The notes beneath the pieces were generated by a model. It did no database searches. It was not told where the DNA came from and worked only from the letters and a program-made list of their open reading frames with translations. A program made the translations under genes and the position numbers. This document shows positions 1 to 8,749 of a stretch of 64,000 nt of DNA, in pieces (the stretch's first letter is position 1; every line of letters starts with the position of its first letter). Origin of the DNA: Clostridia bacterium (GTDB lineage: Bacteria; Bacillota; Clostridia; Christensenellales; UBA1242); assembly GCA_045534555.1 (NCBI GenBank), contig JAZSJW010000002.1, positions 15,828 to 79,827 of the forward strand, in the 5' to 3' direction.

Positions 1-495
1 TTTTCTAGCTGCAGATGTTTTTGTGTTTTTAGCTGCTGCAGTTGCAACAACTTTCTTTTCTGCAGGTTTTTTAGCTGTTTCTTTTTTAACTGTTTCTTTC
101 TTTTCAGCTGTTTCAGTTTTTTCAGCCTTAGCTTCAGCAGTTTTCTTAGAAGTTTTCTTTGTTTCTTTTACAAACTTCTTATCTAAAGCTTGACCACATT
201 TACATGTTCTAACAACCTTTCCTTCTTCATTTACAGCATGTTTAACTCTTGTAGGTTTTCCACAAGTAGGACAAACTACCATAACGTTAGAAACATCGAT
301 TGTTCCTTCTTTTTTAACAATAGCACTCTTTTCTTGAGCTCTTCTTGCTTTTTGATGACGAGAAATCATATTCACGCCTTCAACTACAATTCTACCAGTT
401 TTAGGAGAAGTTTTTAAAACTTTGCCTTGTTTACCTTTGTCTTTACCAGTGATAACAAGAACTAAATCTCCTGATTTAACATTAAGACTATTCAT
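1..495 (-). CDS. rplX: 50S ribosomal protein L24, with its 3' end beyond the left window edge. It carries a CxxC...CxC insert and a Lys/Ala/Glu-rich C-terminal tail.
   Basis: The gene is absent from the ORF track because there is no stop codon in the window. My reverse-strand translation from the ATG at 495..493 gives MNSLNVKSGDLVLVITGKDKGKQGKVLKTSPKTGRIVVEGVNMISRHQKA..., a KOW-type L24 N-terminus. A GGAGG lies 9 nt upstream. The gene follows rplN as in S10/spc clusters. Confidence 0.85.
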   Translation of the reverse strand, partial: MNSLNVKSGDLVLVITGKDKGKQGKVLKTSPKTGRIVVEGVNMISRHQKARRAQEKSAIVKKEGTIDVSNVMVVCPTCGKPTRVKHAVNEEGKVVRTCKCGQALDKKFVKETKKTSKKTAEAKAEKTETAEKKETVKKETAKKPAEKKVVATAAAKNTKTSAARK

Positions 496-508
496 CAAGT
501 TGTTCCTC

Positions 509-877
509 CTAAATTACTTCTGGTGCAAGTGAAATAATTTTCATGTAATCTTTATCACGAAGTTCACGTGCAATAGGTCCAAAAATACGAGTTCCTTTTG
601 GTTGCTTTTGGTTATCAATAATAACTGCAGCATTTTCGTCAAACTTAATGTAGCTTCCGTCATTACGTCTAATTCCTTTAACAGAACGAACAATAACAGC
701 TTTAACTACATCACCCTTTTTAACAGAACCACCAGGGATAGCAGATTTAACAGAAGCAATGATTACATCACCGATGTTACCAAATTTTCTTTTAGATCCA
801 CCAAGAACACGAATACACATAATTTCTTTAGCGCCTGTGTTATCAGCCACTTTAAGTCTTGATTGTTGTTGTATCAT
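509..877 (-). CDS. rplN: 50S ribosomal protein L14
   Basis: The translation [27 protein letters not shown]... is a canonical L14, and the operon position fits. Confidence 0.97.
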   Translation of the reverse strand: MIQQQSRLKVADNTGAKEIMCIRVLGGSKRKFGNIGDVIIASVKSAIPGGSVKKGDVVKAVIVRSVKGIRRNDGSYIKFDENAAVIIDNQKQPKGTRIFGPIARELRDKDYMKIISLAPEVI

Positions 878-894
878 AATCTTCGCTCCTTGGA

Positions 895-1167
895 CTATTT
901 AACTTTTTCAACGATTCTAACTAAACGCCATCTTTTGTTTTTAGAAAGAGGACGAGTTTCAGCGATTTCGACTGTATCACCGATTGAACATTCATTGTTC
1001 TCATCATGAGCAACGAACTTAGTTGTATCGTTCATTGTTTTCTTGTAGATTGGGTGCTTAACTTTTGTATGCACTTCTACAACAATTGTTTTGTCCATCT
1101 TATTAGATGAAACAATACCAATTCTAGTTTTTCTTAAATTTCTCTCTACGCTTTCAACATTTGCCAT
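895..1167 (-). CDS. rpsQ: 30S ribosomal protein S17
   Basis: S17-like sequence ([16 protein letters not shown]...KHPIYKK) and operon order. Confidence 0.95.
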   Translation of the reverse strand: MANVESVERNLRKTRIGIVSSNKMDKTIVVEVHTKVKHPIYKKTMNDTTKFVAHDENNECSIGDTVEIAETRPLSKNKRWRLVRIVEKVK

Positions 1168-1175
1168 AATTCACC

Positions 1176-1427
1176 TTAACCTCTAGCCTTTTTAGCTACT
1201 TTTTTAGTCTCGCTTACAGGAGCAGGACTGTTTGCTAAGCCAAGTTCTCTTTCACGAATGATAGTTTTAACTTTAGCAATGTCTTTTTTGCAAGTTTTTA
1301 GAGCAAGAGGATTAGCTAAGTTGCCTGTAGCGTGTGAGAAACGCAAATTGAAAAGCTCAGCTTTTAAATCAGCAAGCTTATTTGCAAGTTCTTTATCTGT
1401 CATAGATGCAAAATTTTGCGCTTTCAT
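1176..1427 (-). CDS. rpmC: 50S ribosomal protein L29 with a short basic C-terminal extension
   Basis: The L29 motif [20 protein letters not shown] is present, and the gene lies between rplP and rpsQ. Confidence 0.93.
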   Translation of the reverse strand: MKAQNFASMTDKELANKLADLKAELFNLRFSHATGNLANPLALKTCKKDIAKVKTIIRERELGLANSPAPVSETKKVAKKARG

Positions 1428-1864
1428 TATTTATCCTCCCCTTGAGCAGCGTCTAAATCTGCCTTTTTAACAATTTTAACTTTACATGGAAGTTTATAAG
1501 TAGCAAGTCTCATAGCTTCCATAGCTGTTTCTTCTTTAATTCCACCGATTTCAAATAGAACTCTGCCTGGTTTAACAACAGCTACCCAGTATTCTGGAGA
1601 ACCTTTACCTGAACCCATACGAGTTTCGGCTGGTTTCTTTGTTACAGGCTTATGTGGGAATATATTGATCCAAACTTGGCCACCTCTTTTTGTATAACGA
1701 GTCATCGCAATACGAGCAGCTTCGATTTGGTTAGATGTAATCCAGCAAGGCTCTTGTGCTACGATACCGTATTCACCGTGACAGATTTTGTTACCACGAG
1801 TAGCTTTACCTGTCATTCTACCTCTTTGAACTCTTCTTCTTTTAACTGTTTTAGGCATCAACAT
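1427..1864 (-). CDS. rplP: 50S ribosomal protein L16
   Basis: [25 protein letters not shown]... is a canonical L16 N-terminus. Confidence 0.97.
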   Translation of the reverse strand: MLMPKTVKRRRVQRGRMTGKATRGNKICHGEYGIVAQEPCWITSNQIEAARIAMTRYTKRGGQVWINIFPHKPVTKKPAETRMGSGKGSPEYWVAVVKPGRVLFEIGGIKEETAMEAMRLATYKLPCKVKIVKKADLDAAQGEDK

Positions 1865-1865
1865 A

Positions 1866-2531
1866 TTAGTTTCCTCCCTTAACGCTAGAGTTTAAGTTCT
1901 TTTTACCAAGAATTTCACCTTTATAGATCCAAACTTTAACACCAAGTAATCCTGAAACGTGTGCTTCAGCAAAACCATAGTCAATGTCTGCTCTTAAAGT
2001 TTGAAGAGGTAAAGAACCATCTTGATAGAATTCACTTCTAGCGATTTCAGCGCCGTCAAGACGACCGCTAAGCATGATTTTGATACCCTTAACGCCAGCT
2101 TTTTGACATCTAGCAAGACCTTGTTTCATAGCTCTACGGAAACCAACTCTTTGGTCAAGTTGATTAGCGATGCTTTCTGCAACAAGTTGAGCATCTAAAT
2201 CTGGATTTTTAATTTCAACAACATTGATTGAAACTGCTTTTTTAGTAACTTTTTCAAGTTTAGCTTTCATAGCTTCAACACCAGCACCTTTTTGACCGAT
2301 AACCATACCAGGTCTAGCAGTGTGTAAAGTTACAGTGATTTTGTTTTCAGCATTTCTTTCAATGATTGTTTTAGAAATACTACAATTTTTGTAGTTATTT
2401 TCAATTACTTCACGAATTTTGTTGTCTTCTAAAATATAGTCAGCAAAGTTTTTCTTATCAGCAAACCATTTGCTTTCCCATTCTTTATTGACACCAACTC
2501 TCATTCCTATTGGATTAACTTTCTGTCCCAT
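1866..2531 (-). CDS. rpsC: 30S ribosomal protein S3
   Basis: [24 protein letters not shown]... is a canonical S3. Confidence 0.97.
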   Translation of the reverse strand: MGQKVNPIGMRVGVNKEWESKWFADKKNFADYILEDNKIREVIENNYKNCSISKTIIERNAENKITVTLHTARPGMVIGQKGAGVEAMKAKLEKVTKKAVSINVVEIKNPDLDAQLVAESIANQLDQRVGFRRAMKQGLARCQKAGVKGIKIMLSGRLDGAEIARSEFYQDGSLPLQTLRADIDYGFAEAHVSGLLGVKVWIYKGEILGKKNLNSSVKGGN

Positions 2532-2540
2532 AGTATCCTC

Positions 2541-2930
2541 CTACGCCTTTGCCTCGTCTAAAATGACGGTGATGTGGCTTGTGCGCTTTTTGATTTCGTG
2601 TGCTCTACCTTTGCTTACAGGTTGGAATCTCTTTAAAATTGGACCACCATCAGCAAAAGCTTCACTAACGATTAAGTCAGCTTTATTTAGTCCTAAATTG
2701 TTTTCAGCGTTAGCGCCAGCACTTTCTAGAACTTTAAGAACACTTTCAGTTGCAGCATTAGGCATATTTTTTAAGATTGCTACTGCTTCTTCATATTTTT
2801 GTCCACGAATTACATCTAGTACAATTCTAACTTTTGAAGGAGAAATTCTAATGTATTTAGCAACAGCTTTTGGACGTCTATCAGCATTTTGTTTTCTTGC
2901 TAATGATTTTTCACGAACTCTTGTAGCCAT
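2541..2930 (-). CDS. rplV: 50S ribosomal protein L22
   Basis: L22-like sequence ([16 protein letters not shown]...) and operon order. Confidence 0.95.
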   Translation of the reverse strand: MATRVREKSLARKQNADRRPKAVAKYIRISPSKVRIVLDVIRGQKYEEAVAILKNMPNAATESVLKVLESAGANAENNLGLNKADLIVSEAFADGGPILKRFQPVSKGRAHEIKKRTSHITVILDEAKA

Positions 2931-2933
2931 TTA

Positions 2934-3215
2934 TTATTTTCCTCCCTTTGTAGTCTTTGCGCCTTTGTGACCCTTAAATGTACGAGTTGGAGCAAATTCA
3001 CCAAGTTTATAACCTACCATTTCAGAGGTAATATAAACTGGAACATGCTTTCTACCGTCATACACGCCAATAGTATGACCTACCATTGATGGGATAATTG
3101 TTGATGCACGAGACCATGTTTTAACAACGGTTTTTTCTCTTGATTCATTCATAGCATCAATCTTTTTTACAAGACTTTCTGCAACGAAAGGACCTTTTTT
3201 AACACTTCTACTCAT
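2934..3215 (-). CDS. rpsS: 30S ribosomal protein S19
   Basis: [11 protein letters not shown]...[17 protein letters not shown] is a canonical S19. Confidence 0.97.
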   Translation of the reverse strand: MSRSVKKGPFVAESLVKKIDAMNESREKTVVKTWSRASTIIPSMVGHTIGVYDGRKHVPVYITSEMVGYKLGEFAPTRTFKGHKGAKTTKGGK

Positions 3216-3226
3216 ATTTCCCTCTC

Positions 3227-4054
3227 CTAATTGATACGTTTAACAATTAACTTGTTACTTTGATTCTTTTTCTTACGAGTCTTATAACCCATAGCAGGTT
3301 TACCCCATGGAGTCATAGGACCAGCGTGACCTACTGGTGATTTACCTTCACCACCACCATGAGGGTGGTCAACTGGGTTCATAACTGAACCACGAACTGT
3401 AGGCTTAACGCCCATGTGACGTTTTCTACCAGCTTTACCAAGAGATACGATTTCGTGTTCAACGTTACCTACTTGACCAAGTGTAGCACGGCAAGTAACA
3501 AGAACTTTTCTCATTTCTCCTGATGGCATACGAAGTGTAGCATATCTACCTTCTTTAGCCATATATTGTGCTGAAATACCAGCACTTCTAGCGATTTGTC
3601 CACCACGACCTGGATGGAATTCGATGTTATGAACAACAGAACCTACTGGAATGTTGTCAAGTGCTAATGTGTTACCAACTTTGATTTCTGCGTTTACTCC
3701 ACTCATAACAGTGTCGCCAACGTTTAAACCAACCGGCGCCAAAATATATCTCTTTTCACCATCAGCATAGTTTAAAAGTGCAATATATGCAGATCTGTTT
3801 GGATCGTATTCAATACTTGCAACTTTTGCAGGAATGTTATCCTTATTTCTTCTAAAGTCAATAACTCTATATTTTTGACGATTTCCACCGCCGATATGTC
3901 TTACAGTAATTCTACCAGCGTTATTTCTACCACCTGATTTCTTCTTTGTTTCAAGTAAAGATTTTTCAGGAGTTGTTGTAGTAATTTCGTCAAAGGAAGC
4001 GCTAGTCATGCCTCTACGACCAGCAGTTGTCGGCTTAAATCTTTTTAGTGCCAT
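3227..4054 (-). CDS. rplB: 50S ribosomal protein L2
   Basis: [17 protein letters not shown]...HPHGGGEGK is a canonical L2. Confidence 0.98.
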   Translation of the reverse strand: MALKRFKPTTAGRRGMTSASFDEITTTTPEKSLLETKKKSGGRNNAGRITVRHIGGGNRQKYRVIDFRRNKDNIPAKVASIEYDPNRSAYIALLNYADGEKRYILAPVGLNVGDTVMSGVNAEIKVGNTLALDNIPVGSVVHNIEFHPGRGGQIARSAGISAQYMAKEGRYATLRMPSGEMRKVLVTCRATLGQVGNVEHEIVSLGKAGRKRHMGVKPTVRGSVMNPVDHPHGGGEGKSPVGHAGPMTPWGKPAMGYKTRKKKNQSNKLIVKRIN

Positions 4055-4075
4055 AATTATTCTCCCCTCGTCCTA

Positions 4076-4366
4076 TTATGATAGACTATCAAAGAACTCA
4101 ATTGTCTTAGAATCGCTTGTTAATTGAACGATTGCTTTTTTATATGAACCAGTAAGTCCTTCGTGTCTTCCTTGTCTTTTAATTTTTCCGTAAACGTTAG
4201 AAATGTTTACGCTTTCAACCTTTACTTTGAAGATTTCTTCAACAGCTTTCTTAACATTAGTTTTAGTTGCTTCTTTTGCTACTTCAAAAGTGTATTTTTT
4301 GTTAGCAATATCAGCATAACTTTTTTCAGAAAGGATAGGTCTAATAATAATATCGTGTGCTACCAT
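4076..4366 (-). CDS. rplW: 50S ribosomal protein L23
   Basis: L23-like sequence (IIRPILSEKS...YTFEV) and operon order. Confidence 0.93.
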   Translation of the reverse strand: MVAHDIIIRPILSEKSYADIANKKYTFEVAKEATKTNVKKAVEEIFKVKVESVNISNVYGKIKRQGRHEGLTGSYKKAIVQLTSDSKTIEFFDSLS

Positions 4367-4986
4367 TATTTGTTTGCCTCCTCGATAGATTTAATAGCTT
4401 CCTTAGTTACAAGGAGTTTGTCGCTAACCACGATATCGTAAGTGCAAAGTTGAGCTGCTGTTGTAACATATGCATTTTCAATGTTAGCAGCTGATTTAAC
4501 AACGTTTTCGTCATTTTCTGCAGTTACAATTGTAGTTCTCTTATCAAGTTTTAAGTTCTTTAAAACTTCAGCCATAGCTTTTGTTTTTGGAGCTTCAAAC
4601 TTAAGTTCGTCAACTACTACCAAGCATTTTTCAGCTAAACAAGTTGAAATAGCTGATAAGAAAGCAGCTTGTTTCATTTGTTTGTTAACTTTCTTAGAAA
4701 AATCTCTTGGCTTTGGAGCAAATACCACGCCACCTTTAATCCATTGTGGAGCACGTATAGATCCTTGACGAGCATTACCAGTACCTTTTTGTCTCCAAGG
4801 TTTTCTACCACCACCACGAACTTCAGAACGAGTAAGTGTTGATTTAGTTCCTTGACGTTGATTAGCAAGGTATGCTACAACGATTTGATGAATTAGCGCT
4901 TCGTTGTAAGGAGCTTTGAATACTGTGTCGTTTAAGCTAACTTTACCAACTTCTTCGCCTTTAATATTAAAAACTTTAGTTTGCAT
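4366..4986 (-). CDS. rplD: 50S ribosomal protein L4
   Basis: L4-like sequence (RQGTKSTLTRSEVRGGGRKPWRQKGTGNARQGS). Confidence 0.96.
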   Translation of the reverse strand: MQTKVFNIKGEEVGKVSLNDTVFKAPYNEALIHQIVVAYLANQRQGTKSTLTRSEVRGGGRKPWRQKGTGNARQGSIRAPQWIKGGVVFAPKPRDFSKKVNKQMKQAAFLSAISTCLAEKCLVVVDELKFEAPKTKAMAEVLKNLKLDKRTTIVTAENDENVVKSAANIENAYVTTAAQLCTYDIVVSDKLLVTKEAIKSIEEANK

Positions 4987-5002
4987 TATTCTCTCCCCCT
5001 AC

Positions 5003-5635
5003 TTATTTCGCTTTTACTGCAGAGCAGATTGTAACAACAGAACCTTTAGCACCTGGGATAGCACCCTTAACTAAAAGAAGATTTCTTTCTGTATCTACTT
5101 TTGCAATTTCTAGATTTTGAATAGTTACTTTCTCGTGACCGTATTGACCTGGAAGTTTTCTATTTTTGAAAACTCTTGATGGGTCTGAGTTTGCTGAAAG
5201 TGAACCTGGTGCTCTGTGAACAGGGCCAGCACCGTGTGTCATATCAATTCTGTGGAAGTTCCATCTCTTAATAACACCAGAGAAACCTCTACCTTTTGTA
5301 TAGCCAGAAACGTCTACGATGTCGCCTTCTTTAAATACATCACATTTAATTTCTGCACCTAGAGTTAATCCTTCAGCTGGGATTTTAAACTCTTTTAAAT
5401 ATTTCTTAGGAGCAATGTTAGCTTTCTTTAAGTGACCAACTTCTGCCTTAGAAAGTCTGCTTTCTTTTGTATCAGTGAAAGCTAATTGAACTGAACTATA
5501 ACCATCTTTTTCAACAGTTTTGATTTGTGAAACTTGACATGGGCCAGCTTCAACAACAGTTACAGGTATTACAAGACCAGAGTCTGTAAAAATCTGTGAC
5601 ATGCCAATTTTCTTACCAAGTATTGCTTTATCCAT
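5003..5635 (-). CDS. rplC: 50S ribosomal protein L3
   Basis: L3-like sequence (ILGKKIGMSQIF...VTVVE...KGRGFSGVIKRWNF). Confidence 0.97.
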   Translation of the reverse strand: MDKAILGKKIGMSQIFTDSGLVIPVTVVEAGPCQVSQIKTVEKDGYSSVQLAFTDTKESRLSKAEVGHLKKANIAPKKYLKEFKIPAEGLTLGAEIKCDVFKEGDIVDVSGYTKGRGFSGVIKRWNFHRIDMTHGAGPVHRAPGSLSANSDPSRVFKNRKLPGQYGHEKVTIQNLEIAKVDTERNLLLVKGAIPGAKGSVVTICSAVKAK

Positions 5636-5656
5636 AAATTATACTTCCCCTCCGCC

Positions 5657-5965
5657 TTATAATTTAATATTGATATCTACGCCAGCTGGTAAGTCGATTT
5701 TCATAAGTGAATCAACAGTTTTAGCTGATGGATTGTAAATATCAATCACTCTTTTATGAGTTCTCATTTCAAATTGTTCTCTTGAATCTTTATGTTTATG
5801 AACTGAACGAAGAATTGTTACAACTTCTTTTTCAGTAGGCATTGGAATAGGACCAGATACCTTAGCGCCTGCTTTTTTAGCAGATTCCACAATTCTTGCA
5901 GCAGATTCATCAACAAGGTTGTGATCATAAGCACGTAGCTTAATTCTAATTTTTTGTGTTGCCAT
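5657..5965 (-). CDS. rpsJ: 30S ribosomal protein S10
   Basis: [15 protein letters not shown]... is a canonical S10 start, with GGAGG 7 nt upstream of the ATG at 5965. The track ORF's extra 14 codons (to 6007) lie in the leader. Confidence 0.95.
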   Translation of the reverse strand: MATQKIRIKLRAYDHNLVDESAARIVESAKKAGAKVSGPIPMPTEKEVVTILRSVHKHKDSREQFEMRTHKRVIDIYNPSAKTVDSLMKIDLPAGVDINIKL

Positions 5966-6154
5966 TTTTAACCTCCGAGTATTTTTTTCAGATTGACTAT
6001 TCTTCATTTATCGCACTGCAAAGTTTATTGTCGCGAGCAAACACTAATGAAGAAAATCTGTCGCCTAAAATCTTTGTATAGACTTGTCCGCGAAAGTTCT
6101 CCCAATCAAGGCTCATGGGTAACCTTCCGCATCTTCCCATATTGCAGCCTGTTT

Positions 6155-6183
6155 ATTATACTAAACACACGGCACCGTGTCAA
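6155..6183 (-). promoter_or_regulatory. Near-consensus sigma-70-type promoter of the S10 operon
   Basis: The reverse strand reads TTGACA (6183..6178), then a 17-nt spacer cggtgccgtgtgtttag, then TATAAT (6160..6155). The spacer contains the palindrome CACGG-TG-CCGTG (6168..6179). Confidence 0.8.
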
Positions 6184-6315
6184 GACTTTTATTAAAAATA
6201 ATTGACAAATTTTTTTGGTCAATTTGCACAAACTTTTAAAGTTTCTGTATAAACATCTTTAACATTAATAAAAATATCTTTTTTCAAACTATTAAACCTA
6301 TATTTTAGGCAATAA

Positions 6316-6345
6316 AAAAGGTGAGTTTATCGCTCACCTTTTATT
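6316..6345 (-). terminator. Rho-independent terminator after rplA (bidirectional shape)
   Basis: aaaaGGTGAGtttatcgCTCACCtttt sits immediately downstream of the rplA stop. Confidence 0.75.
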
Positions 6346-6347
6346 AA

Positions 6348-7028
6348 TTACATTTTAACTTTAACACCAGGTCCCATTGAAGAAGCTAAAGAAATGCTTC
6401 TAATGTAAACACCTTTTGCAGCTTGTGGTTTCGCTTTGATAATAGCGTCCATAAGAGCATCAAAGTTTTCTTGAAGTTTTTCAACACCAAAGCTCTTTTT
6501 ACCGATAACGCAGTGAATGATACCAAACTTATCAAGTCTGTATTCAACTTTACCAGCTTTAATATCTTTAATAGCTTTAGCAACGTCCGGAGTTACAGTA
6601 CCACTCTTTGGGTTTGGCATTAAACCACGAGGTCCTAAAACTCTAGCAATTCTACCAACAAGACCCATCATATCAGGTGTTGTAACACAGGCATCAAAAC
6701 CTAACCAGTTTTCTTTCATGATTTTATCAATCATTTCTTCAGCACCAACAAAGTCAGCACCTTCAGCTTTAGCTATTTCAGCTTTATCTCCTTTAGCAAT
6801 AACTAAAACTTTCTTTTCTTTACCAGTACCATTTGGAAGTACTACAGAACCACGAACTTGTTGATCAGCATTCTTAGGGTCAACACCAAGTTTTACATGG
6901 ATTTCAATACTTTCATCAAATTTAGCAGTTGCAGTATCAATAGCTAGTGCTAAACCTTCAGCTACATCATAAAGTTTTTGTCTTTCAATTTTTTCAGCAG
7001 AAGCTCTATAATTTTTTCCGTGTTTCAT
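6348..7028 (-). CDS. rplA: 50S ribosomal protein L1
   Basis: L1-like sequence ([15 protein letters not shown]...[16 protein letters not shown]). Confidence 0.96.
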   Translation of the reverse strand: MKHGKNYRASAEKIERQKLYDVAEGLALAIDTATAKFDESIEIHVKLGVDPKNADQQVRGSVVLPNGTGKEKKVLVIAKGDKAEIAKAEGADFVGAEEMIDKIMKENWLGFDACVTTPDMMGLVGRIARVLGPRGLMPNPKSGTVTPDVAKAIKDIKAGKVEYRLDKFGIIHCVIGKKSFGVEKLQENFDALMDAIIKAKPQAAKGVYIRSISLASSMGPGVKVKM

Positions 7029-7038
7029 AATGCCCCTC

Positions 7039-7473
7039 CTATTCCTCTACAACTGTCACGCCCATAGAACGTGCTGTACCTTCAATCATGCTCATAGCAG
7101 CTTCAATATTTGCTGCATTGAGGTCAGGCATTTTTGTTTCCGCAATTTTACGAACTTGAGCCTTTGTGATTTTTGCGACTTTTTGTGTGTTTGGTTTACC
7201 AGAACCAGATTCGATACCAATTGTTTTCTTAATTAAAACTGCTGCTGGAGGAGTTTTTAAAACAAATGTAAATGAACGGTCTTGATAAATTGTCATCTCT
7301 ACTGGAATAATAAATCCTTCTTGAGATGCTGTTTTTTCGTTAAACTCTTTAACGAATGCTGGAATATTGATACCATGAGGACCAAGAGATGAACCAACTG
7401 GAGGACCAGCTGTAGCTTTACCAGCTTGAAGTTGAAGTTTAACGACTGCTGTTATTTTTTTAACAGGTGCCAT
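7039..7473 (-). CDS. rplK: 50S ribosomal protein L11
   Basis: The L11 motif [27 protein letters not shown] is present. Confidence 0.97.
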   Translation of the reverse strand: MAPVKKITAVVKLQLQAGKATAGPPVGSSLGPHGINIPAFVKEFNEKTASQEGFIIPVEMTIYQDRSFTFVLKTPPAAVLIKKTIGIESGSGKPNTQKVAKITKAQVRKIAETKMPDLNAANIEAAMSMIEGTARSMGVTVVEE

Positions 7474-7600
7474 AAATTTTTTCTCCTTATATAGTAAATT
7501 CTGTGGTTACTTATGTGAGGCATGAAAAGATTTACCTCTCCCACATATATTTAAAATGGTATAGCATTTGCTATAACATGTTAAACCAAATTAGTTGAGA

Positions 7601-8131
7601 TTAAATAATCTCGATCTGAACAAAGTCCAAATCAACTGGAGTTTGACGACCAAACATTTCTACTGAAACTTTACATTTTTGTTCATCAACATCAACAGCT
7701 AAAACATCACCAACAAATCCTTCAAGAGGACCAGAGATGACCTTAACTTTATTTCCTACATCAACCTTTAAATCTACAACTATTTTCTCTAGACGCATTT
7801 TTCTTACTTCATCATCAGTTAAAGGAAGAGGCCTTCCCGCAGGACCAACGAAACCTGTTACGCCACGAGTATTAACAATTGTGTGCCAAAGATTATCTGT
7901 ATATCTCATTTTCAAAAGCACGTATGTTGGAAACATTTTTCTTTGTACAACTTTCTTTTTGCCATTTTTTTCTTCAATGGCATCTTCCATAGGAATTTTT
8001 ACTTCAACAATATAATCTTGAAGTTGGTTGTTTTCAATAGTTTTATATAGGTTATCTTGAACCATATTTTCATAACCAGAGAAAGTATGTAAAACATACC
8101 ACTTTGGCTCTTCGTTTAAAACATCATCCAT
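7601..8131 (-). CDS. nusG: Transcription termination/antitermination factor NusG
   Basis: The NGN domain (KWYVLHTFSGYENMV) and a KOW domain (GNKVKVISGPLEGFVGDV) are present. The ATG at 8131 is preferred over the TTG at 8140 because AGGA lies 9 nt upstream. Confidence 0.92.
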   Translation of the reverse strand: MDDVLNEEPKWYVLHTFSGYENMVQDNLYKTIENNQLQDYIVEVKIPMEDAIEEKNGKKKVVQRKMFPTYVLLKMRYTDNLWHTIVNTRGVTGFVGPAGRPLPLTDDEVRKMRLEKIVVDLKVDVGNKVKVISGPLEGFVGDVLAVDVDEQKCKVSVEMFGRQTPVDLDFVQIEII

Positions 8132-8175
8132 ATTATACAATCCTTATAAATTTTACACGAAAATCAAACTCAATC

Positions 8176-8445
8176 CTAGATATTGGTAATGAGTTTTAAT
8201 AGCCATGAAAGCAAGCTATCTATACCTAAAGTTACTAGCATAAATAACGCAACAACAGAAATAACCATTCCTGTTTGTTTCATAGTCTTTCCAAATGAAG
8301 GCCAAGAAACTTTTTTAAGTTCAGAAACAGTTTCTTTAGCTCTAGAACGTTTTGGTTCTTTATTAGCTTTTTTTACTTTCTTTTGCTTATCTTTTTGCTT
8401 AACTTCAGTAGTGCCTTTTGCAAGAGTTTTTTCTACTTTTGCCAC
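8176..8445 (-). CDS. secE: Preprotein translocase subunit SecE with a long basic N-terminal tail
   Basis: The protein has a single C-terminal TM helix preceded by ELKKVSWPS. It starts at a GTG behind GGGAGA and lies between rpmG and nusG. Confidence 0.85.
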   Translation of the reverse strand: MAKVEKTLAKGTTEVKQKDKQKKVKKANKEPKRSRAKETVSELKKVSWPSFGKTMKQTGMVISVVALFMLVTLGIDSLLSWLLKLITNI

Positions 8446-8468
8446 GTTAATATCTCCCAGTTATAATT

Positions 8469-8618
8469 TTACTTTGATTCTTTGTGAACTGTATGCTTCT
8501 TACAGAATCTGCAATATTTTTCTAATTGAATTCTGTCAGGATCGTTCTTTTTATTTTTATAGTTATCGTAATTTCTTTGTTTACATTCTGTACATTCTAG
8601 TGTTATCTTGGTTCTCAT
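8469..8618 (-). CDS. rpmG: 50S ribosomal protein L33 (zinc-ribbon form)
   Basis: The gene is not in the ORF track because it encodes only 49 aa. My reverse-strand translation is [54 protein letters not shown] lies upstream, and the position before secE is classic. Confidence 0.9.
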   Translation of the reverse strand: MRTKITLECTECKQRNYDNYKNKKNDPDRIQLEKYCRFCKKHTVHKESK

Positions 8619-8666
8619 AAAAAATTTTCTCCTAAAAAATTACACCCCTTGGCGGTGTGCGTTAGT

Positions 8667-8696
8667 ATAATAACACACGGAACCGTGGTCTGTCAA
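8667..8696 (-). promoter_or_regulatory. Promoter of the rpmG-secE-nusG(-rplKA) unit
   Basis: The reverse strand reads TTGACA (8696..8691), an 18-nt spacer, then TATTAT (8672..8667). The spacer contains the palindrome CACGG-TT-CCGTG (8676..8687), the same core as in the S10 promoter. Confidence 0.65.
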
Positions 8697-8749
8697 GTGC
8701 GAAATTAATCATTTTTTAACATTTTTTCTTTTTTACTTTAAGTTTACAT

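Noticed and set aside
190-2970. Plus-strand ORFs overlapping the ribosomal-protein genes (190..417, 602..862, 1258..1470, 1652..1882, 2470..2970). Similar ones lie opposite rplD, rplA, rpoB, rpoC, the giant gene and xfp.
   Set aside because: These are antisense shadow ORFs of highly conserved minus-strand genes. Their translations are low-complexity and rich in F, S and L. They have no RBS and no recognisable motifs.
5966-6007. N-terminal extensions offered by the ORF track. Examples are rpsJ +14 codons, xfp +14, kdgK +4, rpoC +8, gltX +7, the HD protein +19, the LtaS-like protein +8 and nusG +3.
   Set aside because: In each case an internal ATG is preceded by a well-spaced GGAGG-type RBS and matches the conserved N-terminus. 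The longer forms start at TTG or GTG codons that overlap the RBS.
7474-7600. rplK 5' leader containing GGGAGAGG...CCTCAC, considered as an L1-binding autoregulatory site
   Set aside because: The resemblance to L1-binding RNA is only a short GGGAG core recalled from memory. I could not establish a convincing fold or a promoter by eye, so it needs cmsearch or covariation before being called.
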